The notes under the pieces were generated by a model that saw nothing but the letters and a program-made list of their open reading frames with translations, had not been told where the DNA came from and did not search any database. Below are positions 1 through 7,897 of a stretch of 45,568 nucleotides of DNA, in pieces. Source of the DNA: a virus; IMG/VR virus record IMGVR_UViG_3300031418_000024; one strand, written 5' to 3'. The translations under genes were made by a program, and so were the position numbers. How positions within the stretch are numbered: position 1 is the stretch's first letter; every line of letters starts with the position of its first letter.

Positions 1-127
1 CTGATCGAGGCTCCGGAAATCATCAACTGGCGCGTAGTGGACGGCGTCACGACCCTGGTCGTGTTCAAGATCCACGATCAGCTGGCCGGTTCAGTGGATG
101 ACTTCGGCGATCTGCCGGTGACGAAGT
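1..127. repeat. Window-terminal duplication: 1-127 is identical to 45442-45568 (circular or permuted assembly overlap; unit genome 45,441 bp)
   Basis: Direct comparison of both window ends; portal reading frame stays in phase across the junction. Confidence 0.95.
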
Positions 128-1077
128 GGATCGAGCTGCGCATGGTCAATGGCGTAGCCCATGCACGCGTCTGGGTGGAGAACCTCAACCAGGATGAAAC
201 CGTCTATGCTCGCGGGCTGAGTGCCACTCAACTGACGCCGCTCGTTGCCAATGGTGTGTCACTCAACCGCCTGCCGTTCTTCTGGGCCGGTGCGAAGGAT
301 AACGACGCGACTGTTGACCAGGCTCCGCTGGCAGATATTGCTGCGCTGAATATCAAGCACTACTGCGCAGAGGCTGACGTTGCAGAGATTGCCCATGTCG
401 TGTGCCAGCCTACCCTGGTGCTGACCGGCCTGACGAAGACATGGGCAGATGACCACCTGAAGGAAGGGGTGCAGCTGGGCGCGACCACCGGCATTAAGCT
501 GGGCATCAACGGCACCACGCCGATGGCGGCTAACATCCTCCAGGCAGAGGAGCGCAACGCTTCAACCCTGCTGTGTGAGCGTCGTGAGCTGCAGATGGCG
601 AAGATGGGCGCGGCGCTGGTTGAGCGTGGCACGGCACCGAAGACCGCCACCGAAGCGGAGTATGACGCCAAAACGGATAACTCGATCCTGTCCCTGTGTG
701 TGGGCAACATGGAGCACTCGCTCAATGCCGCGCTGGAGCTTGCCGGTCAGTTTGCCGGTGGCGAGGCTACCGTTGAAATCAATAAGCGCTACACCGACCT
801 GACGATTGACAGCCAGGCTCTGGTCGCCATGATGAGCGGCGTTCAGAACGGAACAATCCGCCTGATCGACTTCATCAAATACCTGCAGGGCGCTGGCGTG
901 GTTGACGGTACTGAGAAGCCGGAAGACATTGAGACGGAGCTGCGCAATCAGGAGCCTCTGCCTAACATGATGGCGCTGGTTCAGGCCGGAATGCAGAAGG
1001 ATAACTCCGTGGATAAGGATGGGATAAGCGTGGATAAGGATGCGAACTCCGTGGATAAAGAGGAAAACGATGAATAA
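1..1077 (+). CDS. Portal protein, C-terminal part (continues from 44971-45568 across the circular junction; about 515 aa in total)
   Basis: Frame 1 is open from base 1 to the stop at 1075-1077 and in phase with the frame starting at GTG 44971. Lies directly after terL and before a gp7/Mu F-like gene. Confidence 0.8.
   Translation: MIEAPEIINWRVVDGVTTLVVFKIHDQLAGSVDDFGDLPVTKWIELRMVNGVAHARVWVENLNQDETVYARGLSATQLTPLVANGVSLNRLPFFWAGAKDNDATVDQAPLADIAALNIKHYCAEADVAEIAHVVCQPTLVLTGLTKTWADDHLKEGVQLGATTGIKLGINGTTPMAANILQAEERNASTLLCERRELQMAKMGAALVERGTAPKTATEAEYDAKTDNSILSLCVGNMEHSLNAALELAGQFAGGEATVEINKRYTDLTIDSQALVAMMSGVQNGTIRLIDFIKYLQGAGVVDGTEKPEDIETELRNQEPLPNMMALVQAGMQKDNSVDKDGISVDKDANSVDKEENDE
1000..1062 (+). 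repeat. Three in-frame 21-bp tandem repeats at the portal 3' end (DNSVDKD / GISVDKD / ANSVDKE)
   Basis: gataactccgtggataaggat / gggataagcgtggataaggat / gcgaactccgtggataaagag read directly. Confidence 0.9.
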
Positions 1078-2176
1078 GACCGTTAACCAACGGTTGGCAG
1101 ATGAGGCGGTCAAGCGCCGCCTCTACGTCCACCGATTCGCCAACAAGCTTGCCCAGGATGCCCGCTCCCGCATCCTGAAGGCACGACTGGCCCTTGCCAT
1201 GAATGTCCAGCAGGCTCTGGAGATTGGCCCACCCAGTCCGGCAGCGTTCAACCAGACACACCTGGTGAAGATGATCCGCAGCATGACTGATCAGGTTATG
1301 GATCTGTACGAAGCCGTGACCAGTGATGCGCAGAAGAGCCTGGCGGCATACACGGCCGTTGAGGTAGCGGCGCAAAACAGCATGTTCACCAGCCTAATAC
1401 CGGAAGCCATTCAGCAGTTCTTCCCGGTGACTAAGCTGACCACGTCACAGGTGGTGTCAGCTGCGCTGGAGCGTCCATTCCAGGGTGCTCTGCTGAAGAA
1501 CTGGGCAGAGAAGCAGGCTCAGTCAGCCATGGGGGCCATTGCCAGCCAGATCCAGACCGGTTACACGCTGGGCGAGTCACACGACCAGATCGTGAAGCGC
1601 GTCACCGGGACGAAGGATGACCCTGGCCTGCTCAATCGCCTGGCTAACGATGCGGGAAACGTCGTAAAGACGGCTGTAGGACATTATCAGGCCACGGCGA
1701 CAGAGCTGATGGGTGAGGCCAACAAAGACATCCTGAAGGCTCAGGAGTGGCTCTCAACGCTCGACAGCCACACATCCACCCTGTGCCAGGTGCGCGACAA
1801 GAAGCTATACACGCTGGACAAGAACCCGAAGCCCATCAAACACGCGATCCCATGGGGTGCCGGACCGGGCAAACTTCACTTCTGCTGTCGCTCCACCCGC
1901 ACCTTCGTGACGAAGTCATGGCAGGAGCTGGGGATTGATTCGGGGGAGATGGATGCAGGAACCAGGGCAAGCATGAATGGACAGGTCGCCGCTGACATGT
2001 CATTCACGCAATGGGTCGCTCGTCAGGAACCACATGTCGTTTACGATTTGTACGGCCCACAAAGGGGTCAGTTGATCCTGGATGGCAAGCTGAAACCGGA
2101 TGACATGTTCAACGACAAAGGGGAGTTTTTGACCCTCGATCAGCTGGCTCAAAAGGGAATGATAAAGGCATCATAA
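1070..2176 (+). CDS. Head morphogenesis / minor head protein (SPP1 gp7 - Mu F-like)
   Basis: ATG 1070 preceded by aggaaaa and overlapping the portal stop. C-terminal LHFCCRSTR-type motif and position after portal are typical of the family. Confidence 0.75.
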   Translation: MNKTVNQRLADEAVKRRLYVHRFANKLAQDARSRILKARLALAMNVQQALEIGPPSPAAFNQTHLVKMIRSMTDQVMDLYEAVTSDAQKSLAAYTAVEVAAQNSMFTSLIPEAIQQFFPVTKLTTSQVVSAALERPFQGALLKNWAEKQAQSAMGAIASQIQTGYTLGESHDQIVKRVTGTKDDPGLLNRLANDAGNVVKTAVGHYQATATELMGEANKDILKAQEWLSTLDSHTSTLCQVRDKKLYTLDKNPKPIKHAIPWGAGPGKLHFCCRSTRTFVTKSWQELGIDSGEMDAGTRASMNGQVAADMSFTQWVARQEPHVVYDLYGPQRGQLILDGKLKPDDMFNDKGEFLTLDQLAQKGMIKAS

Positions 2177-2293
2177 AAGTGGATTATCGGGAAATAATCC
2201 ACGATGTTTAAAAACCCAGTCTCCATGCGGCTTAGGGATGGATTATTGGTGTATATATCCCTATAGGGATATACACCAAATAATCCATCCCAG
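2173..2293. repeat. Structured 121-bp element, copy A (24-bp palindrome 2179-2202 plus 57-bp quasi-palindrome 2235-2291); inverted copy at 41535-41655
   Basis: The reverse complement aligns with 41535-41655 at 107/121 positions. Both palindromes are conserved and the linkers have diverged. Confidence 0.9.
2179..2202 (-). terminator. Candidate intrinsic terminator of the HNH transcript (GTGGATTAT-N6-ATAATCCAC hairpin followed by TTTTAT on the minus strand)
   Basis: 9-bp stem, 6-nt loop, U-tract on the minus strand; the stem is AT-rich. Confidence 0.4.
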
Positions 2294-2323
2294 CCAGGAG
2301 CAGCATGAGAGGCAAAATCCACA

Positions 2324-2722
2324 TCACCTGACAGAGGCAAGCGGCGACAAATCCAGCTCAAGATTCATGGGCTGAATTTTCCCCGACAGGATGTCAAATC
2401 CCCTGCGCTCAAGTTCAGCCATCGCCATGGCTTTCACGGATGATTTAACCATCCTCATCCCGGCGATTGCCGCCAGTGAATGCCAGTCGTTGAATGTGTC
2501 AGTTTCAAGCGCCAGCAGTATGTGAGCCTTCACGTGGTCATTACGGTTTAGCCACACCAGATTTGACCTGCTATTCCCCTCCTCGTCTTTACGCTTGCCT
2601 GGGTACATCCAGATGGGCCTGATGTGGTGCTTATCAAACCCAACGCGCTTGACCCATGGCGCATACACTGACGGCCTGCCGTGTTTTATTAACTTCTCCA
2701 GAATGAACTCAGCGTAAGACAT
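2324..2722 (-). CDS. HNH endonuclease (free-standing, homing-endonuclease-like), antisense to the morphogenesis genes
   Basis: Motifs DKHHIRPIWMYP ... NLVWLNRNDHVKAH (HNH core); RBS gaggg before the ATG; visibly AT-richer than neighbours. Confidence 0.8.
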   Translation of the reverse strand: MSYAEFILEKLIKHGRPSVYAPWVKRVGFDKHHIRPIWMYPGKRKDEEGNSRSNLVWLNRNDHVKAHILLALETDTFNDWHSLAAIAGMRMVKSSVKAMAMAELERRGFDILSGKIQPMNLELDLSPLASVR

Positions 2723-2795
2723 GCATTAACCCTCGTTAATATGATTGAGGTATCATAATATGCTGATCGAGCGGTTCCGTCAACGCCGCCAGTGA

Positions 2796-2824
2796 TTGAC
2801 TGCGATTAAATCGCGAGCTATTCT
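2796..2824 (+). promoter_or_regulatory. Sigma70-like promoter TTGACT-17-TATTCT upstream of scaffold and capsid genes
   Basis: Hexamers and 17-nt spacer read directly; the spacer contains the small palindrome GCGATtaaATCGC. Confidence 0.45.
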
Positions 2825-2876
2825 TCACGCGTTGCTGAGGATGGTCCGAGGCAACCGGAAACCCTGGGGGAAGCCG

Positions 2877-3545
2877 ATGAAACTGTCACAAGCCGAATAC
2901 GATGCACTGCCCGAAATGCTGAAAGCCATGTTCGTCAAAGAAGGCGACGGCTACGTTAAAAACTTCTCAACCGCTGAAGAAGTCGCTGGCCTGAAAGACT
3001 CGAACGAGAAACTGATCGCCGAAAAGAAAGCGGCCCGTGAGAAAGAAACAGCAGCAGAAAAGGCAGCGCGTGAGGCCGCCGAAGCGCTGGCTCGCAAAAA
3101 CGGTGACGTAGAGTCACTGGAGAAGTCCTGGACTGAGAAGCACAACAAGCTGGCCGCTGAGTTCGAAGAGTATAAAAAAACATCTGGTGCGACCATTCAC
3201 GGTCTGACAGTTGGCGCGAAAGTCGCGGAACTGGGTGCAAATATCTTCCAGAAGAACGCCCATTTGGGTGAGCATATCCTCCGTTCACGCCTGGGGCTGA
3301 ACGACAAAAACGAGATCGTGGTGCTGGGTGCCGATGGCAAACCTTCCGCCCTGACCGTTGAGGAGCTGGAAAAAGAAATCCGCTCTGACGAGCGTTATGC
3401 GCCAATCGTGGCAGCGCCGATCTCCAAAGGCACGCCAGCAGGTAAGCGCAACGAATCACAGCAGATCGAGCCGCCAAAGGCCGGTAAGCTTGATAATCTT
3501 GACATTGCACGACAGGCAATTCAGGATATGCCGCAAGTAGACTGA
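2877..3545 (+). CDS. Scaffolding protein
   Basis: ATG 2877 after gggggaag; Ala/Glu/Lys-rich coiled-coil sequence; sits immediately upstream of the major capsid gene. Confidence 0.65.
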   Translation: MKLSQAEYDALPEMLKAMFVKEGDGYVKNFSTAEEVAGLKDSNEKLIAEKKAAREKETAAEKAAREAAEALARKNGDVESLEKSWTEKHNKLAAEFEEYKKTSGATIHGLTVGAKVAELGANIFQKNAHLGEHILRSRLGLNDKNEIVVLGADGKPSALTVEELEKEIRSDERYAPIVAAPISKGTPAGKRNESQQIEPPKAGKLDNLDIARQAIQDMPQVD

Positions 3546-3552
3546 ATTAAGC

Positions 3553-3584
3553 GCGGAGCGGCTTAGCTCCCGCTCTGTGTTTTA
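3553..3584 (+). terminator. Weak hairpin with U-rich tail between scaffold and capsid genes (possible attenuator)
   Basis: GCGGAGC ... GCTCCCGC stem with one bulge, followed by tctgtgtttt. Confidence 0.3.
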
Positions 3585-3605
3585 ATTAATCGAGGGTTGA
3601 AAAAT

Positions 3606-4736
3606 ATGTCCCGAATTGTGTTTGATGCGCAAATCTCCACCGCTGCAACCAAAGTGCTGGAAGCAAACCTGAACGTGTTCAACACGGCATCCCGCGGCGC
3701 TATCGTTGCCGGTGCTGGTGACTTCCTTGGTGACTACCTTGAGCGCGTCATGTGGGCAGCCCAGCAGATGGTCAGCCGTCGTAACGCATACGGCTCTGGC
3801 AAGGTGTCAGCGACCGAGCTGCAGCAGATCCTTGAACGTGCCGTGAAAGTGGACCAGCGTGTTGGGCCGTTGAAAGTGACCGGCGCAATCATGGACCGCC
3901 TGGGCAAGAACAACCAGGAAGCGGCGGCAGTGATGGGCACCCAAGTAGCTCAGCAGCTGATCCAGGACCAGATTGACGTGGTAGTTGGTACTCTGCTGGC
4001 GGCTACGCCTGCTGAACTGACCTACGACTTCTCGTCCATCGCTACCGGCATTCCGAACCTGAAGCAGATTGCGAAATCCCTGCGTCTGATGGGTGATGCC
4101 TACCAGCGTATCGTGGTCCAGATCATGTCTGGTGCCAGCTACAACGACATGATCGTTGAGGGCAACATGGGGAACATGGAAAAACTGTTCACCATTGACA
4201 ACCTGATGATCATGCAGTCGCCGCTGGGTCAGACGTTCCTGGTGACCGATGCCATGGGCCTCGACACCATCGAAGGCACTGGCGCAGATGCGAAGTCAAA
4301 ACAGCGCGTGCTGTCTCTGCAGGCCGGTGCTGCCGTGGTGCAGACTAACCCGATGGTCATGCGTACTCAGGACATTCTGGGTGAAGAGAACCTCGCTACC
4401 CTGATCCAGGGTGAGACTCACTTCAACCTGGGCCTGAAAGGCTACGCCTATGTCGGCAAGTCGAATGCGCTGGGTCTGGGTGAGAAAGCAACCTCTCCGA
4501 CCCCGGCTACTGAGCAGACCGACAACACCACCGCCATCACCGCCGATCCTGGCACAGCTGGCACCTCTACATCTGCCGGTTCAGCGTCTCCGGTTAACGC
4601 TACCCTGTTCGCTAAAACGAGCTGGAAAGTGGCAGACCCGCGCTGGAAACCAACCGCAGGCAAACCACTGACTGGTGGCACCCTGGACGCTGCGAAAGGT
4701 CTGGCCGGTGTAGTGGCAGTCTTCGGCGACAAATAA
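3606..4736 (+). CDS. Major capsid protein
   Basis: 376 aa, follows the scaffold gene and is followed by a strong terminator; composition typical of siphovirus capsid proteins. The HK97-type fold is assumed from gene context, not shown by sequence. Carries a low-complexity Thr/Ser/Ala/Pro-rich C-terminal segment. Confidence 0.75.
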   Translation: MSRIVFDAQISTAATKVLEANLNVFNTASRGAIVAGAGDFLGDYLERVMWAAQQMVSRRNAYGSGKVSATELQQILERAVKVDQRVGPLKVTGAIMDRLGKNNQEAAAVMGTQVAQQLIQDQIDVVVGTLLAATPAELTYDFSSIATGIPNLKQIAKSLRLMGDAYQRIVVQIMSGASYNDMIVEGNMGNMEKLFTIDNLMIMQSPLGQTFLVTDAMGLDTIEGTGADAKSKQRVLSLQAGAAVVQTNPMVMRTQDILGEENLATLIQGETHFNLGLKGYAYVGKSNALGLGEKATSPTPATEQTDNTTAITADPGTAGTSTSAGSASPVNATLFAKTSWKVADPRWKPTAGKPLTGGTLDAAKGLAGVVAVFGDK

Positions 4737-4754
4737 GCGCTGATCTGAACGAAA

Positions 4755-4782
4755 AGGCTCGCTACGGCGGGCCTTTTTTTTG
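4755..4782 (+). terminator. Rho-independent terminator after the major capsid gene
   Basis: GGCTCGC-tacg-GCGGGCC stem followed by T8. Confidence 0.8.
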
Positions 4783-4822
4783 GCGTATACTCTGAGCAGA
4801 TAATCAACATGAGGAACCGACG

Positions 4823-5269
4823 ATGATCGGAACTGTACAAGGGCTTATTGACTACGCAGCAGCGCGCGGCGTCACGGTGGATGAATTGCTGGCACCGGTC
4901 TGGCTGACGCGGGCGAGTGACTACCTGTCCAGAATGTGCTGGATCGGCAAGCCGGTTGACCCGTTGCAGGATGGACCATGGCCGCGCAAATGGTTTGATG
5001 AGGATGGCATTGAGCTTTCCGGCACACCTCCAGAGGTCACTACCGCCTCATATCGGCTGGCTATGGCTGTCGGTGACGGCGTTGACCTTGAACCCATCAC
5101 ATCGGGTAAGCAGATCACCAAAGCGGCTATCAGTGGCGCTGTGAGCGTTGAATACGACATCAACTCAATCGGAGCTGGGCCAGACTTCCCGTGGTGGGAT
5201 TCACTGGTGGGTGGATGGCTGAAGTGCGAAGAGAGCGGCGGCATTAACTTTGACGTGTTCAGGGGGTAA
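4823..5269 (+). CDS. Head-associated protein (possible head-tail connector)
   Basis: RBS gaggaa; position between capsid and connector genes; function inferred from position only. Confidence 0.45.
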   Translation: MIGTVQGLIDYAAARGVTVDELLAPVWLTRASDYLSRMCWIGKPVDPLQDGPWPRKWFDEDGIELSGTPPEVTTASYRLAMAVGDGVDLEPITSGKQITKAAISGAVSVEYDINSIGAGPDFPWWDSLVGGWLKCEESGGINFDVFRG

Positions 5270-5271
5270 CC

Positions 5272-5628
5272 ATGGGCTTCTATGACGACATGAAGAAAGT
5301 GGCGGATGAGCTGCTGGGCCCGAAAAGTGAGTTCAGTCGCCCGGTCACAGTGACTCGCCCCACTCGCGTTGAGCGCGTCAATGGCGTGGAGACGACCATA
5401 CCGGCGACAACCTTCACCATCAACGGCGTACTGACCCAGTACAGCGTCATGGAGCGTCAGGACAGCCGCATCCTGGCCGGTGACCAGCGGTTCACCTGCA
5501 CGGCAGCAAACCGGCTGATGATTGGCGACATGCTGAGCATTGACGGCGTGAGTTATCGCGTTGTCGATCCCGGACCTGTTCAGCCTGCCGGTATCCGCCT
5601 GGCGTATAAATTACAGGTTCGTGCGTAA
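5272..5628 (+). CDS. Head closure / head-tail joining protein (candidate)
   Basis: 118 aa, tightly packed in the connector cluster; small beta-rich protein typical of this slot. Confidence 0.45.
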   Translation: MGFYDDMKKVADELLGPKSEFSRPVTVTRPTRVERVNGVETTIPATTFTINGVLTQYSVMERQDSRILAGDQRFTCTAANRLMIGDMLSIDGVSYRVVDPGPVQPAGIRLAYKLQVRA

Positions 5629-6293
5629 TGGCTATCAATGACGAGTTCATCAGCAAGGTATCTGCCTGGTGCGGCAAGTCTGAGCAGGACTTGCAGGCTA
5701 TCGTCAGAGTCGCTGTGTTTAAAATGCTGGGCCAGATCGTCAACATGTCGCCAGTCGGCAACCCTGAACTGTGGGCAGTGAACCGCAGGCAGACGCAGAG
5801 ACGCAAAAGGCAGGCACAGGCAACAGCAGCGGCGTACCGTAGCGACGCGTATAGCTATCAGATGAAGAACGGCACCAGGAAGTTGAGGAAAGGCCTGAGA
5901 AAGCGCCTGGCGCTGTCTGAGGCTAAATACAACAACAACCATGGGCCGGTTCGCAATCTCAGGAAGACGCGCCGCGCAGGTGGCGAGATATATCGCCCTA
6001 AAGGGTATCGCGGAGGCCGGTTCCGTGCTAACTGGCAGGTCGGTGTGGGCCCACGGCCAACCGGCTGGAAGAATGACATCATCGGACCTGCTGAGGTCAT
6101 CGCAAAGGGTGAGGCCATTCTGCAGGGGTTTGACGGCACCCAGCAAACCATCTGGATCACCAACTGCGTTCCGTATGCGGTGCGCCTTGAGTACGGTCAT
6201 TCCAAACAGGCGCCGCAGGGCATGGTCAGGCTGACTGCTCAGCGTTTCAGCACCTTTGTGTCATCAGCATCAAGAGAGGTAAGAGGCAAGTGA
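5628..6293 (+). CDS. HK97 gp10-like neck / tail-completion protein with a long basic insertion
   Basis: GYRGGRFRANWQV and YAVRLEYGHS...GMV motifs resemble the HK97 gp10 family; an Arg/Lys-rich segment of roughly 70 aa lies in the middle. Confidence 0.5.
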   Translation: MAINDEFISKVSAWCGKSEQDLQAIVRVAVFKMLGQIVNMSPVGNPELWAVNRRQTQRRKRQAQATAAAYRSDAYSYQMKNGTRKLRKGLRKRLALSEAKYNNNHGPVRNLRKTRRAGGEIYRPKGYRGGRFRANWQVGVGPRPTGWKNDIIGPAEVIAKGEAILQGFDGTQQTIWITNCVPYAVRLEYGHSKQAPQGMVRLTAQRFSTFVSSASREVRGK

Positions 6294-6697
6294 GCAACGT
6301 ACTTATTCAGCAGGCTATGGAAGCTGCGCTAAACGATTTCGCCGCCTCTGGTGGCTACCCGGTGGCATGGGAGAACACAAAGTTTCAGCCTGACCCTGAC
6401 GTGGTCTACCTGGTGCCGTACTTCATGCCGAATGTGACGGACTCAATCGACCTTCAGCAGAAGACTCGCATCTATCAGGGAATCTTTCAGGTGATGGTCG
6501 TCTGGCCTGCCGGGATGGGTACCATAGGCGCTAAAGCAGTGGCTGAGGCTATCGCTGAAGCATTCCCGAACGGATGGGAGACGCTGGCTGGATCTGTCCG
6601 TGTGTACACAGACCGACCAGCGCAGGTCAGTGCTGGACTTTCTGACGATGTGTCTTACAATGTCCCAGTTTCCATTTATTACCGCACCGATATTTAA
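6290..6697 (+). CDS. Tail terminator-like protein
   Basis: GTG start in a GTGA overlap with the previous stop; last gene before the major tail protein. Confidence 0.45.
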   Translation: MSNVLIQQAMEAALNDFAASGGYPVAWENTKFQPDPDVVYLVPYFMPNVTDSIDLQQKTRIYQGIFQVMVVWPAGMGTIGAKAVAEAIAEAFPNGWETLAGSVRVYTDRPAQVSAGLSDDVSYNVPVSIYYRTDI

Positions 6698-6721
6698 CGG
6701 GCAACGCCCAGAGGGATTTAT

Positions 6722-7435
6722 ATGTCAAATTACCAATTGCCGAACGGCTCAAGCGTTCAGCTCTCAACCGCGCTGGGTGATGCCAAAGATGTTACTGGCG
6801 CGTCAAACGCGGCTGAGTGCGTCTTCACCATTGACAACGCAGCAGGCGCAAGCGCGCTGGCTAAGGGTGACCGTTTCATCCTGACAGGCTCGCCGTGGAT
6901 CCGCCTGTCAAACGCGGTGCTGGTCGTCAAGGCCGCCACTGCAACGTCAGTTACCGCGCTCGCGCTGGACACCACCGACGCGACCAAATACCCGGCAGGC
7001 GCATTCTCTGCGACTGTGAAGGGTGAGCTGCGCAAGATCACCAACTGGGTGGACTTCCCATACATCACCAACGTTGCGCAGGCAGGCGGCGACCAGCAGA
7101 CCACCTCATTCCAGCCCCTCCAGGTTGATGAGGCGATCCAGCTGAACACCTTCAAAAACGCCCGTTCAGTGACTTACACCCTGACGCATGACATGGATGA
7201 CCCGGTCCGACCGATCCTGGTGGATGGCGATGCTACCCAGGAAATCCATGCGATCCAGTTCATCAACCCTAAAGCCCGCGCAGGCAAGGGTGAAATCCGT
7301 CTGTATGCCGCTAAGATTTCGTTCAACGAAGTCCCAAGCGCAGAAGTTAACAACGTTGAAACCGTGCAGGCCGTTGTCTCCATGGCTTCCACGATGCGCT
7401 TCTATCAGAAAGACGTGGTCGATGCCCTGGCATGA
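6722..7435 (+). CDS. Major tail (tube) protein
   Basis: 237 aa, followed by a strong terminator and directly upstream of the chaperone and tape-measure genes. Confidence 0.7.
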   Translation: MSNYQLPNGSSVQLSTALGDAKDVTGASNAAECVFTIDNAAGASALAKGDRFILTGSPWIRLSNAVLVVKAATATSVTALALDTTDATKYPAGAFSATVKGELRKITNWVDFPYITNVAQAGGDQQTTSFQPLQVDEAIQLNTFKNARSVTYTLTHDMDDPVRPILVDGDATQEIHAIQFINPKARAGKGEIRLYAAKISFNEVPSAEVNNVETVQAVVSMASTMRFYQKDVVDALA

Positions 7436-7487
7436 TCGAACGGCGGCGGCCATATAGTCACCGCCCCGACAACGCGCTAAACTAAGA

Positions 7488-7511
7488 CCCGGCAATCCTG
7501 CCGGGTTTTTT
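7488..7511 (+). terminator. Rho-independent terminator after the major tail gene
   Basis: CCCGGCA-atcc-TGCCGGG followed by T6. Confidence 0.8.
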
Positions 7512-7525
7512 ATGGACGATACACA

Positions 7526-7897
7526 ATGGCATTCACAATCAAAGCAAAACCTACATTCAAACACACTGTACAGATTCCGGTTCCGTGGGACTCATCCCCA
7601 GAGGCGGGTAAGCTGACGCTGACCTTCAACCATCAGAAACTGGATGTCATGAAAGACACCCACCGAAAAATGATTGATGAGATCAGCTCTGCTGTTTCCG
7701 ATGGACGCGATGTCATGGAACCACAGGTTGATTACATCATGTCCATCTGCAGCGACTGGGCGCTGAAAGACGAGTTCAGCCGCGACAACGTCCTGGAGAT
7801 GTTGCAGAACTACGCGAAAGCGTTCGATGCGATTGCTACGGCATATCTGAGCGTCATGATGAATGGCAAGACCGAAGAGGAACGCGTAAAAAACTAA
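7526..7897 (+). CDS. Tail assembly chaperone (lambda gpG analogue)
   Basis: Position before the tape measure; ends on a slippery heptamer. Confidence 0.7.
   Translation: MAFTIKAKPTFKHTVQIPVPWDSSPEAGKLTLTFNHQKLDVMKDTHRKMIDEISSAVSDGRDVMEPQVDYIMSICSDWALKDEFSRDNVLEMLQNYAKAFDAIATAYLSVMMNGKTEEERVKN

Noticed and set aside
2255-2272. The centre of the palindrome, TATAGGGATAT, recalls the T7 promoter core (TATAGGGAGA).
   Set aside because: No single-subunit phage RNA polymerase gene is present, and the match covers only the initiation region.
2235-2291. The 57-bp palindromes resemble protelomerase target sites (N15 telRL is a palindrome of similar size).
   Set aside because: No protelomerase-like gene is present. 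There are two copies in intergenic terminator positions, and the rest of the genome has a pac-type terminase layout.
2149-2361. A 70-aa minus-strand ORF spans the structured element.
   Set aside because: It runs straight through both palindromes, has no RBS, and overlaps the ends of two well-supported genes. It is an artefact of the symmetric sequence.
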